The notes under the pieces were generated by a model. The model had not been told where the DNA came from, did not search any database, and saw nothing but the letters and a program-made list of their open reading frames with translations. From IMG/VR virus record IMGVR_UViG_2667528065_000005: 17,986 nt of DNA; one strand, given 5' to 3'. A program made the translations under genes and the position numbers. This document shows positions 1 through 7,956 of the stretch, piece after piece. Positions within the stretch are counted from its first letter, which is position 1, and every line of letters begins with the position of its first letter. The stretch comes from a virus (taxonomy: Duplodnaviria > Heunggongvirae > Uroviricota > Caudoviricetes).

Positions 1-350
1 CCTTAACTGATCGGCATTACAGCCAGATGCTGGGCTTTATTGCCGAAAACTATGATCAGGCGCTGACCATCAACGATGTGGCTGAGCACGTCAAACTTAA
101 CGCCAACTATGCAATGGGGATATTCCAGCGGGTCATGCAATTGACGATGAAACAGTACATTACCGCGATGCGCATCAACCACGTTCGCGCGTTACTGAGC
201 GATACCGATAAAAGTATTCTCGATATTGCCCTGACGGCAGGCTTTCGTTCGAGTAGCCGTTTTTACAGCACGTTCGGCAAATATGTCGGCATGTCGCCGC
301 AACAATACCGCAAACTTAGCCAACAGCGCCGCCAGACGTTTCCCGGCTAA
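1..350 (+). CDS. melR: AraC-family transcriptional activator, C-terminal part (5' end upstream of window); matches melibiose operon regulator MelR
   Basis: Frame open from the window edge to a stop at 348-350. Translation ends ...NYAMGIFQRV...FRSSSRFYSTFGKYVGMSPQQYRKLSQQRRQTFPG, an AraC-type HTH pair. Sits directly upstream of adiA as in E. coli. Confidence 0.7.
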   Translation, partial: LTDRHYSQMLGFIAENYDQALTINDVAEHVKLNANYAMGIFQRVMQLTMKQYITAMRINHVRALLSDTDKSILDIALTAGFRSSSRFYSTFGKYVGMSPQQYRKLSQQRRQTFPG

Positions 351-545
351 AGACGATATCAGTATCAGCCAAAAAAATAGTTTAGCCGTCGATAATAAGC
401 AGTGAAAATAATTTAAAATAATCACATAACGTATTGTTTATAAAAATAAATATTTCAAAAATGTTTGTTTTTCACGCGCTTTACAGCCCGAAAAGGCCGG
501 AAGATACTTGCCCGCAACGAAGATTCCTTCATAACCGGGTAAGCA
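351..545 (+). promoter_or_regulatory. AT-rich melR-adiA intergenic region, presumed adiA promoter and RBS
   Basis: About 195 bp of AT-rich non-coding sequence ending in an RBS-like stretch before the ATGATG start at 546. No promoter elements were mapped. Confidence 0.35.
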
Positions 546-2288
546 ATGATGAAAGTATTAATTGTTGAAAGCGAGTTTCTCCATCAAGACACCTGGGTCG
601 GTAACGCCGTTGAGCGTCTGGCAGATGCTTTAAGCCAGCAAAATGTTACCGTGATTAAATCCACCTCCTTTGATGATGGTTTTGCCATTCTCTCTTCAAA
701 CGAAGCCATTGACTGCCTGATGTTCAGCTATCAAATGGAACATCCGGACGAACATCAAAACGTCAGACAATTGATCGGTAAGCTTCATGAGCGCCAACAA
801 AACGTGCCGGTCTTCCTGTTGGGCGATCGGGAAAAAGCCCTCGCCGCAATGGACCGGGATCTGCTGGAGCTTGTCGATGAATTCGCCTGGATTCTGGAAG
901 ATACCGCCGACTTTATCGCCGGACGCGCCGTTGCCGCGATGACCCGCTACCGCCAGCAGCTATTGCCGCCACTGTTCAGCGCGCTGATGAAATATAGCGA
1001 CATCCATGAATATTCCTGGGCAGCGCCAGGCCACCAGGGCGGCGTTGGTTTTACCAAAACACCCGCCGGACGTTTCTACCATGACTATTATGGTGAAAAT
1101 CTGTTCCGCACCGACATGGGTATCGAACGCACTTCCCTCGGTTCTTTGCTTGACCATACTGGCGCATTTGGCGAAAGCGAAAGATATGCCGCACGCGTAT
1201 TTGGTGCCGATCGCTCCTGGTCGGTAGTCGTCGGTACTTCCGGCTCTAACCGCACCATCATGCAGGCTTGCATGACCGATAACGATGTAGTGGTCGTTGA
1301 CCGTAACTGCCATAAATCCATCGAACAAGGCTTGATGCTGACAGGCGCGAAACCGGTCTACATGGTGCCAAGCCGCAACCGCTACGGCATTATCGGGCCA
1401 ATCTATCCGCAGGAAATGCAACCTGAAACCTTGCAGAAGAAAATCAATGAAAGCCCGCTGACCAAAGACAAAGCCGGGCAAAAACCGTCTTACTGCGTGG
1501 TGACCAACTGCACCTATGACGGCGTGTGTTATAACGCTAAAGAAGCACAGGATCTGCTGGAAAAAACCTCCGATCGTCTGCACTTTGACGAAGCCTGGTA
1601 CGGCTATGCACGTTTCAACCCGATCTATGCCGATCACTATGCCATGCGCGGCGAACCTGGCGATCACAACGGTCCTACCGTTTTCGCCACCCACTCCACC
1701 CACAAACTGCTGAATGCGCTGTCACAGGCCTCTTATATTCATGTACGTGAAGGTCGTGGGGCGATTAACTTCTCCCGCTTCAACCAGGCCTACATGATGC
1801 ATGCCACCACCTCCCCGCTGTATGCCATCTGCGCATCCAACGACGTGGCGGTGTCGATGATGGACGGCAACAGCGGCCTGTCACTGACCCAGGAAGTGAT
1901 CGACGAAGCGGTTGATTTCCGTCAGGCGATGGCGCGGCTATATAAAGAGTTCACCGCTGACGGTAGCTGGTTCTTCAAACCGTGGAACAAAGAAGTCGTC
2001 ACCGACCCACAAACCGGCAAAACCTATGACTTTGCTGACGCACCAACCAAACTGCTGACCACCGTTCAGGACTGCTGGGTCATGCATCCGGGCGAAAGCT
2101 GGCACGGCTTCAAAGATATTCCGGATAACTGGAGTATGCTCGACCCGATTAAAGTCAGCATCCTTGCTCCGGGAATGGGTGAAGATGGTGAACTGGAAGA
2201 AACCGGTGTTCCGGCGGCGCTGGTCACAGCCTGGCTTGGTCGCCACGGCATTGTGCCTACCCGTACCACTGACTTCCAGATTATGTTC

Positions 2289-2320
2289 CTGTTCTCTATG
2301 GGCGCTGTTCTCTATGGGCG
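2289..2320. repeat. Perfect 16-bp tandem duplication (ctgttctctatgggcg x2) inside adiA; +1 frameshift
   Basis: Read directly: unit at 2289-2304 repeated at 2305-2320. Confidence 0.95.
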
Positions 2321-2367
2321 TGACCCGTGGGAAATGGGGGACTCTGGTTAACACCCTTTGCTCCTTC

Positions 2368-2409
2368 AAACGCCACTATGATGCCAACAAACGCCACTAT
2401 GATGCCAAC
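2368..2409. repeat. Perfect 21-bp tandem duplication (aaacgccactatgatgccaac x2) inside adiA; in-frame, duplicates KRHYDAN
   Basis: Read directly: 2368-2388 repeated at 2389-2409. Confidence 0.95.
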
Positions 2410-2436
2410 ACACCGCTGGCGCAGGTGATGCCGGAA

Positions 2437-2480
2437 CTTGTTGAACAATATCCTGACACTTGTTGAACAATATCCTGACA
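2437..2480. repeat. Perfect 22-bp tandem duplication (cttgttgaacaatatcctgaca x2) inside adiA; frameshift
   Basis: Read directly: 2437-2458 repeated at 2459-2480. Confidence 0.95.
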
Positions 2481-2501
2481 CTTACGCGAACATGGGGATT
2501 C

Positions 2502-2549
2502 ACGATCTGGGTGACACCATGTTTGACGATCTGGGTGACACCATGTTTG
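2502..2549. repeat. Perfect 24-bp tandem duplication (acgatctgggtgacaccatgtttg x2) inside adiA
   Basis: Read directly: 2502-2525 repeated at 2526-2549. Confidence 0.95.
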
Positions 2550-2562
2550 CCTGGCTGAAAGA

Positions 2563-2628
2563 AAACAACCCTGGCGCACGGTTGAATGAAGCCTAAAACA
2601 ACCCTGGCGCACGGTTGAATGAAGCCTA
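2563..2628. repeat. Perfect 33-bp tandem duplication inside adiA; the junction creates a TAA stop in the reading frame in use at that point
   Basis: Read directly: aaacaaccctggcgcacggttgaatgaagccta at 2563-2595 repeated at 2596-2628. The junction gcc|taa gives a stop at 2594-2596. Confidence 0.95.
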
Positions 2629-2637
2629 TTCCGGCCT

Positions 2638-2677
2638 ACCGGTGGCGGAAATCACCTCACCGGTGGCGGAAATCACC
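2638..2677. repeat. Near-tandem duplication, 19-nt core (accggtggcggaaatcacc) with period 21 and a 2-nt difference at the junction, inside adiA
   Basis: Read directly: copies at 2638-2656 and 2659-2677 separated by tc. Translates as VAEIT..VAEIT. Confidence 0.9.
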
Positions 2678-2781
2678 CCGCGTGAAGCGTACAACGCGAT
2701 TGTCGACAACAATGTCGAACTGGTATCCATTGAAAATCTGCCAGGACGTATCGCGGCAAACTCAGTTATCCCGTATCCGCC

Positions 2782-2816
2782 AGGAATCCCGATGCTGTCT
2801 AGGAATCCCGATGCTG
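2782..2816. repeat. Imperfect tandem duplication, 16-nt core (aggaatcccgatgctg) with period 19, inside adiA; net frameshift
   Basis: Read directly: copies at 2782-2797 and 2801-2816 separated by tct. Confidence 0.9.
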
Positions 2817-2988
2817 CTGTCTGGTGAAAACTTCGGCGATAAAAACAGTCCGCAAGTAAGTTATTTACGCTCGCTGCAATCCTGGGACCATCATTTCCCT
2901 GGATTTGAACACGAAACAGAAGGGACAGAAATTATTGACGGTATTTACCACGTTATGTGTGTGAAAGCGTAACCACTATTCCGCTGAA

Positions 2989-3015
2989 GGCGTAATTGTT
3001 AAATAACATTACGCC
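2989..3015 (+). terminator. Hairpin just downstream of the adiA stop (8-bp stem ggcgtaat/attacgcc with a partly self-complementary loop)
   Basis: Inverted repeat read directly; only a short T-run follows (ttttaag after a second short GC element). Confidence 0.4.
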
Positions 3016-3089
3016 GCCTGGCTTGAGGCCTTTTAAGTATGGCAACGTTTTCATAAAAATTGCTGCAAACAAAAAATGTCATGCTTTTT

Positions 3090-3117
3090 GCGCGGTCCCA
3101 CCCCGCGCTTTTTTTTG
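3090..3117 (+). terminator. Rho-independent terminator-like element: GC stem gcgcgg/ccgcgc, 7-nt loop, then a 9-T run
   Basis: Read directly: gcgcggtcccaccccgcgc followed by ttttttttt. Confidence 0.55.
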
Positions 3118-3593
3118 CCTGTTATTTATCCTTTTTTTAGCCTGTAAAAAAATATGTATCATGAGAAATTAGCCTATAAAAATATGTAATATTAGTAAAA
3201 CTCGTTATTTTTATGCATGTTTATATTCATCATACAATTATATAACCATTTCCCGGTATCGCTTCGCTTTAGCGAGAACTGGTCTTTTATTCGCACTCAG
3301 GAGTACATGTATGAGGATTTGCAGCGACCAACCTTGTATTGTTTTATTGACTGAAAAAGATGTCTGGATAAGGGTGAATGGGAAAGAACCTATTAGCCTT
3401 AAAGCTAACCACATGGCGTTATTAAATTGTGAAAATAATATTATCGACGTCTCCTCTCTTAATAACACTTTGGTTGCTCATATTAGTCACGACTATGCAT
3501 GCAAAGATTACCTCACGACATCATCAAAGATAACATCCGGTCTCGCAAATACCAGTATGGCAACGTAGCGCTACGCCCATCCTCACCCTTCCA

Positions 3594-3646
3594 TGCCTGA
3601 CGCCAGACGTCTTTCGCGTCTGCCTGACGCCAGACGTCTTTCGCGT
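3594..3646. repeat. Near-perfect 27-bp tandem duplication in adiY (26/27 identical); in-frame, duplicates CLTPDVFRV
   Basis: Read directly: tgcctgacgccagacgtctttcgcgt at 3594-3619 and 3621-3646. Confidence 0.95.
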
Positions 3647-3799
3647 TGCCGCGCAGCATAGCATGATGCCCGCTGAAACTGAGTCAGAAAAGGAACGAAC
3701 ACGTGCATTATTATTCACTGTGCTATCCCGTTTTCTCGACAGTAAAAAATTCCTTTCACTAATGATGTATATGTTACGTAATTGTGTAAGTGACAGCGT

Positions 3800-3841
3800 T
3801 TATCAAATTATTGAAAGCGATTATCAAATTATTGAAAGCGA
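3800..3841. repeat. Perfect 21-bp tandem duplication in adiY (ttatcaaattattgaaagcga x2); duplicates YQIIESD
   Basis: Read directly: 3800-3820 repeated at 3821-3841. Confidence 0.95.
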
Positions 3842-4267
3842 TATCCACAAAGACTGGAATCTTAGTATGGTAGCCAGTTGTTTATGTCTTAGCCCAAGTC
3901 TGTTAAAGAAAAAGCTGAAAAGCGAAAACACCAGTTATAGCCAAATAATCACCCACCTGCCGCATGCGTTATGCCGTAAATGAATTAATGATGGACGGTA
4001 AAAATATCTCTCAGGTATCACAGTCCTGCGGCTACAACAGTACGTCGTACTTTATTTCTGTCTTTAAAGACTTCTACGGTATGACGCCGCTGCATTATGT
4101 TAGTCAGCACAGAGAACGCACTGTCGCCTGATTTTTAACCTTAACGAAGAGCTATATTAATAACGGCATCAGCGATAACCCGGCCGATAATAATTCAACT
4201 ATCGAATGCAGGCGTATGATATGACGTAATTTATTGTCACGAAGCTCGCCTTCGCAGGAGTTTAATT

Positions 4268-4777
4268 ATGTCTTCGGATGCTGATGCTCACAAAGTGGGC
4301 TTAATCCCCGTCACCCTGATGGTGTCGGGGAATATTATGGGGTCAGGTGTTTTTCTGTTACCTGCAAACCTGGCCTCCACTGGCGGGATTGCTATTTATG
4401 GATGGTTGGTGACGATTATCGGTGCGCTGTCGGTGCGCTGGGGCTCTCGATGGTATACGCCAAAATGTCGTTCCTCGACCCAAGTCCTGGTGGTTCTTAC
4501 GCTTACGCCCGCCGCTGCTTTGGCCCGTTTCTCGGTTATCAAACCAACGTCCTCTACTGGCTGGCCTGCTGGATCGGCAATATCGCCATGGTGGTCATTG
4601 GCGTAGGATATTTAAGTTACTTCTTCCCGATTCTGAAAGATCCATTGGTATTAACCATCACCTGCGTCGTGGTGCTGTGGATCTTCGTCCTGCTGAACAT
4701 TGTCGGTCCGAAAATGATCACCCGCGTACAGGCCGTTGCTACCGTGCTGGCGCTGATCCCCATCGTCGGGATTGCCG
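4268..4777 (+). pseudogene. adiC: Arginine:agmatine antiporter AdiC, 5' portion only; frameshifted by an 11-bp tandem duplication and cut off by the prophage junction
   Basis: [54 protein letters not shown] in frame 2, then ...[47 protein letters not shown]...IPIVGIA in frame 1. Coding sequence diverges into unrelated DNA after about 4777. Confidence 0.85.
4419..4440. repeat. Perfect 11-bp tandem duplication (tcggtgcgctg x2) in adiC; frameshift
   Basis: Read directly: 4419-4429 repeated at 4430-4440. Confidence 0.95.
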
Positions 4778-4782
4778 GAGGG

Positions 4783-4935
<153 letters not shown>

Positions 4936-4944
4936 TTGCAGATA

Positions 4945-5334
4945 TTACTCTTTTTTCTCCGTATCTGCATCGGGTTCATCAGCAAATAGCTTGCCCTGCA
5001 TCCGATCCAGTTCTTCTTTTCTTACCCGCTTAACCACGCTGTAGACCCACTGAAGCGAAACACCAAATTTGCGGGCCAGTTCGTGGTGGTTGCGTCCGTT
5101 AAACTCCCTGAAGATTTCCCGGTCGCGCTGACTGACCTTCCATACCATGCCCATCGGGAAATAAACGTTTTGCCCGCCCCAGACCTGCATCATTCGGTTC
5201 GCGACGGCCTGACCAATCTGGTCGGCAACTTCGGGCTCAATATCAATAATCTCGCGAACGGTCTCAGAGGTATGCTGTGCCAGTTCCACCAGGAGTTCCG
5301 GCCCCTTACTTCGAAACTGATTCAGGTCGCTCAT
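4945..5334 (-). CDS. mor: Mor/C-family phage transcriptional activator
   Basis: 129 aa. C-terminal ...GGQNVYFPMGMVWKVSQRDREIFREFNGRNHHELARKFGVSLQWVYSVVKRVRKEE matches the recalled Mu Mor pattern (GGGQVYIPRG...RD..I...FNGRN..EL...YGV....VYK..RR). Confidence 0.75.
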   Translation of the reverse strand: MSDLNQFRSKGPELLVELAQHTSETVREIIDIEPEVADQIGQAVANRMMQVWGGQNVYFPMGMVWKVSQRDREIFREFNGRNHHELARKFGVSLQWVYSVVKRVRKEELDRMQGKLFADEPDADTEKKE

Positions 5335-5755
5335 GTTTGACTCCCGCAGCTCTGCGCTGCCACTTCTTCAGTTTCTCAATAACACTGCTTGCCTGTTCAG
5401 TACTGAGCCAGCGCAGGGCGCTGATGCCCGTTTCCCGCTTGATCCACCTCGCTAATGCATTTTCTGAACGGTCACGAACAATGCCGGCAGCAGCCATTTC
5501 AAGCCATAGCGCACGAATTTTCCTGGACTGCGGATGGTTATCAAGCGGTAAACCGGAGCTGGCTTTTCTGGCTGGTTTAACGCGAAAGCCTTTCTTTTTC
5601 ATGGATTCCAGCACGCAGTTTAGTTGTGTGGTATCCATTCCTTTGGTTGAGGCTTTACCGGTCAGCCCCTGTAACATCTGGCGGTAGGTGTCTTCATCCA
5701 TACCCAGTTCATTACGGGCAATATGGATAAGCTGTATCAGGCGTTTTTTCTGCAT
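5306..5755 (-). CDS. gemA: GemA-like phage protein (Mu gp16 / DUF1018 family)
   Basis: 149 aa. N-terminal LIQLIHIARNELGMDEDTYRQMLQGLTGKAS...GF pattern typical of GemA-family proteins. Overlaps the mor start by 29 bp. Confidence 0.65.
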   Translation of the reverse strand: MQKKRLIQLIHIARNELGMDEDTYRQMLQGLTGKASTKGMDTTQLNCVLESMKKKGFRVKPARKASSGLPLDNHPQSRKIRALWLEMAAAGIVRDRSENALARWIKRETGISALRWLSTEQASSVIEKLKKWQRRAAGVKHERPESVSK

Positions 5756-5756
5756 A

Positions 5757-5963
5757 TCATCTCCTTTTTTTCAGTCTGTCGGCAACAATGTCGGTTGCAG
5801 CTGGCAGGGTGACTGGCCAGAACAACATGACGGCGGTCATGTACAGGATGTAATGCGCGGTGTCGTAGTGCCTGCCATAGCCCAGGGAACGATGAAGTCT
5901 TGCGCTGCATGATCCTGCGTACATATACCAGAAAAGAAAACAGACAATGGTTTCAGTAGTCAT
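5757..5963 (-). CDS. Small hydrophobic protein (about 68 aa, two predicted TM segments), hypothetical
   Basis: Internal ATG at 5963 preceded by a GGGGAGG Shine-Dalgarno. The longer 120-aa frame would overlap the upstream gene. Confidence 0.4.
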   Translation of the reverse strand: MTTETIVCFLFWYMYAGSCSARLHRSLGYGRHYDTAHYILYMTAVMLFWPVTLPAATDIVADRLKKRR

Positions 5964-6183
5964 TCTGAATACCTCCCCATTCGATATGAATATTACGGGC
6001 AGCAATGACAGGGTCGTTATTCCACCATGCACCTGACATGTATTTTTCAACCTGTTCGCGTCCGGCAATAACACCAATTGTGATCCCCGGCCTGACGTTC
6101 TTAAAAAAGGCGCGGGCAAAAAGGTATCTGGCAGATATTCGGCAGGCTTTTAATTTCCGGCTTTTACCTGATAGCGTAATCAT
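5953..6183 (-). CDS. Hypothetical phage protein (76 aa)
   Basis: ATGA start/stop overlap with the upstream gene at 6180-6183 and a GGAGG upstream; fits tight operon packing. Confidence 0.45.
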   Translation of the reverse strand: MITLSGKSRKLKACRISARYLFARAFFKNVRPGITIGVIAGREQVEKYMSGAWWNNDPVIAARNIHIEWGGIQNDY

Positions 6184-6863
6184 CTGGCCTCCAGTTTCTG
6201 TTGTTCCTGCCCACTGACCGGGCGGTGCAGTCTGACGTTCTGCCCTTCACGAAACCCCGCATAGCGCGAGGCGTCGCCATTGCGGCTTCTTCCCGGTTTA
6301 CGCGCCCTGGTGGTTTGCGTCTGCGGGTATTTATGTTCCAGCCACTGCTGCATCAGTTCACGCTCATCATCGGTCAGGGCAAAGGACTGTATTTCACTGA
6401 TAACGGCCAGCACCCAGCCTTCGGCAAACTGGTCTCCACGGCTGGTGCGGGTGGCGGTTTTTATTCTTTTGTTCTGTGCACTGATATACTGCTGACGCGC
6501 CTTTTTCAGCTGACGGGCCAGCACTTCCCAGGTGTATGCAGCCAGTGCCGCACGTTCCCGGTTGCCGTAGAACCCCACAGACGGATGCGTGCCGGGGTGA
6601 ATGATGGAGTTAACACCAAATACCTCGCGGATGATGTTCATCAGGCCCAGCATGTAGCGCGGTGGACGGAGACTGCCTGTCGGCCAGTAGTGACTGATGG
6701 TTTCATCAATATCACTCATAGCAATGTCGGAATGTGTGATGCCGTGAACATCCATCAGTTTACGGGCTCGGCGCAGTGCCAGAGCGGCCTCGTGCGGGTT
6801 GCCGGATGCGGCCAGCGCCAGCAACTTTTTCAGTTTCTCAATGTGTTTATTCTGGTCTGTCAT
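6180..6863 (-). CDS. Hypothetical phage protein with DUF2786-like N-terminus
   Basis: Translation from the internal Met (MTDQNKHIEKLKKLLALAASGNPHEAALALRRARKLMDVHGI...) resembles the DUF2786 N-terminal pattern. ATGA overlap with the upstream gene at 6860-6863; an alternative start at 6899 is possible. Confidence 0.5.
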   Translation of the reverse strand: MTDQNKHIEKLKKLLALAASGNPHEAALALRRARKLMDVHGITHSDIAMSDIDETISHYWPTGSLRPPRYMLGLMNIIREVFGVNSIIHPGTHPSVGFYGNRERAALAAYTWEVLARQLKKARQQYISAQNKRIKTATRTSRGDQFAEGWVLAVISEIQSFALTDDERELMQQWLEHKYPQTQTTRARKPGRSRNGDASRYAGFREGQNVRLHRPVSGQEQQKLEAR

Positions 6864-7075
6864 TGTTCTGTATCTCCGGTATTTTTCTGCCGTTTCCATG
6901 CCCGGACAGCGTCGGACAGCTCTTTCAGGCTGTATGCTGCTTTAAGCTTTTCCCATAACCACTGTGTTGTTATGTGCATCAGCAGGGCAGCCAGGGCTGC
7001 CCCCGCACTGAGGCATGTCGCCAGGCCAGTAAGAATCAGTGTCCATGCGGTGATTTCCCTGAGTATGTCAGCCAT
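6860..7075 (-). CDS. Small membrane protein (71 aa), hypothetical
   Basis: Hydrophobic stretch WTLILTGLATCLSAGAALAALLM; packed in the operon. Confidence 0.45.
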   Translation of the reverse strand: MADILREITAWTLILTGLATCLSAGAALAALLMHITTQWLWEKLKAAYSLKELSDAVRAWKRQKNTGDTEQ

Positions 7076-7089
7076 TGAATGCCTCCCGG

Positions 7090-7386
7090 TTACTCGTTCG
7101 TGTAAATCACGCCCAGTCGTGCAGCCAGACGTTCCAGTTTTTTCTGTTTGTGGAAGTCAATCAGCCGGTCCATCCCCTGAAGGCGCAGTTGCTCTGTCAT
7201 GATTTCCACGTCTGCCAGCTCTGCCGCGAGGTCACTTTCGCTGCCCTGTCCGTTCAGGTTGCGGGCGGCACTGGCCGCCAGTTCAGCGGCCTCTTCTGCC
7301 AGTTTCAGGGCCTGTGCGTCCGGCCCGAAACGCTGCAGGGCCAGACGGTAGAGGGCGGTGCGGGTGAGTTCGGTGTTTCGTGTCAT
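7090..7386 (-). CDS. MazG-like nucleotide pyrophosphohydrolase domain protein (small all-alpha NTP-PPase)
   Basis: 98 aa with LKLAEEAAELAAS ... ELADVEIMTEQL, resembling the EExxE...E/D metal-binding motifs of MazG-like NTP pyrophosphohydrolases. Confidence 0.5.
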   Translation of the reverse strand: MTRNTELTRTALYRLALQRFGPDAQALKLAEEAAELAASAARNLNGQGSESDLAAELADVEIMTEQLRLQGMDRLIDFHKQKKLERLAARLGVIYTNE

Positions 7387-7395
7387 GCCGCGCCC

Positions 7396-7668
7396 TCAGT
7401 GCTTCCGGCTGACGGTGATGTGCAGGCCGCCTTCTGCAGTGGTTTCCATCCGGTACGGCACCTCATGCTCTGCCGTGTGGGTGAGTGTGTTCATCAGTAC
7501 CTGCAGGGCAGCCTCCTTTCCGTTGGTCGCCACAATGGCCTGTGTGGCCATGCTGATTAGCGCCGTCAGGACGTGCTTCACATCGGTGAGGTCGCGGCAT
7601 TCACACTCGTTGACATAGTGTTCAACAAGAGTTCGGGTGCGCTGTCGTGCTTCCTGTGGGGTAATCAT
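7396..7668 (-). CDS. Hypothetical phage protein (90 aa)
   Basis: ORF in operon register; 4-bp overlap with the upstream gene. Confidence 0.45.
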   Translation of the reverse strand: MITPQEARQRTRTLVEHYVNECECRDLTDVKHVLTALISMATQAIVATNGKEAALQVLMNTLTHTAEHEVPYRMETTAEGGLHITVSRKH

Positions 7669-7859
7669 TGCGCGTCCTCCCTGTCAGGGCGGGAGAATTC
7701 CATGACGGGCACGTCCGCCGAAAAATGCTGGCTGCAGTACGGGCAGACCAGGGTGACACGTACTGCAGGTATGTGATACTTACCGGACATCACGGCGATG
7801 GCGCTGTGAAAACGCAGGGCTGTTATATCCCTCTCGCACTGAATACATTTAAATATCAT
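7665..7859 (-). CDS. Small zinc-ribbon-like protein (CxxC...CxxC), hypothetical
   Basis: 64 aa with KCIQCE ... VCPYCS cysteine pairs. Confidence 0.45.
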   Translation of the reverse strand: MIFKCIQCERDITALRFHSAIAVMSGKYHIPAVRVTLVCPYCSQHFSADVPVMEFSRPDREDAQ

Positions 7860-7956
7860 AATTTAATTCTCCTCTGTTTCCGGCGTGCAGAAGCCCGCGG
7901 CGCTGACGCCGGAATAAAAAAGAAAATGTTTTTATTAAATAATTAACGTGGTGTGT

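Larger units (their letters stand above)
546..2972 (+). pseudogene. adiA: Biodegradative arginine decarboxylase AdiA (PLP-dependent), 3' third disrupted by seven tandem duplications
   Basis: Residues 1-~585 of the 601-aa frame (546-2351) match AdiA (MMKVLIVESEFLHQDTWVGN...). The rest of AdiA continues in other frames (2164-2466, 2615-2827, 2619-2972, ending ...GIYHVMCVKA). Removing the seven duplications (156 bp) restores one continuous reading frame. Confidence 0.85.
3311..4131 (+). pseudogene. adiY: AraC-family regulator AdiY, split over three frames by duplications and indels
   Basis: N-terminus MRICSDQPCIVLLTEKDVWIRVNGKEP... in frame 2 (3311-3568); middle ...SQIPVWQRSATPILTLPCLTPDVFRV...MMPAETESEKERTRALLFTVLSRF... 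in frame 0; AraC HTH C-terminus MRYAVNELMMDGKNISQVSQSCGYNSTSYFISVFKDFYGMTPLHYVSQHRERTVA in frame 1, ending at the stop 4129-4131. Position between adiA and adiC. Confidence 0.75.

Noticed and set aside
960-1703. 247-aa minus-strand ORF
   Set aside because: Lies entirely antisense within the well-supported adiA coding region; shadow ORF.
2289-2816. Possible CRISPR-like array, given the many short repeats
   Set aside because: Each repeat is an immediate tandem duplication of local coding sequence with no spacers and no shared repeat unit; not a CRISPR array.
3564-3575. 12-bp perfect palindrome cgtagcgctacg inside adiY
   Set aside because: Short, inside coding sequence, with no supporting context; likely coincidental.
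5757-6119. Full-length 120-aa ORF
   Set aside because: The 5' half overlaps the better-supported 5953-6183 gene; the internal ATG at 5963 with a strong Shine-Dalgarno gives a shorter, more plausible gene.
6201-7202. 333-aa plus-strand ORF
   Set aside because: Antisense across several compact, RBS-supported minus-strand phage genes; typical GC-rich shadow ORF.
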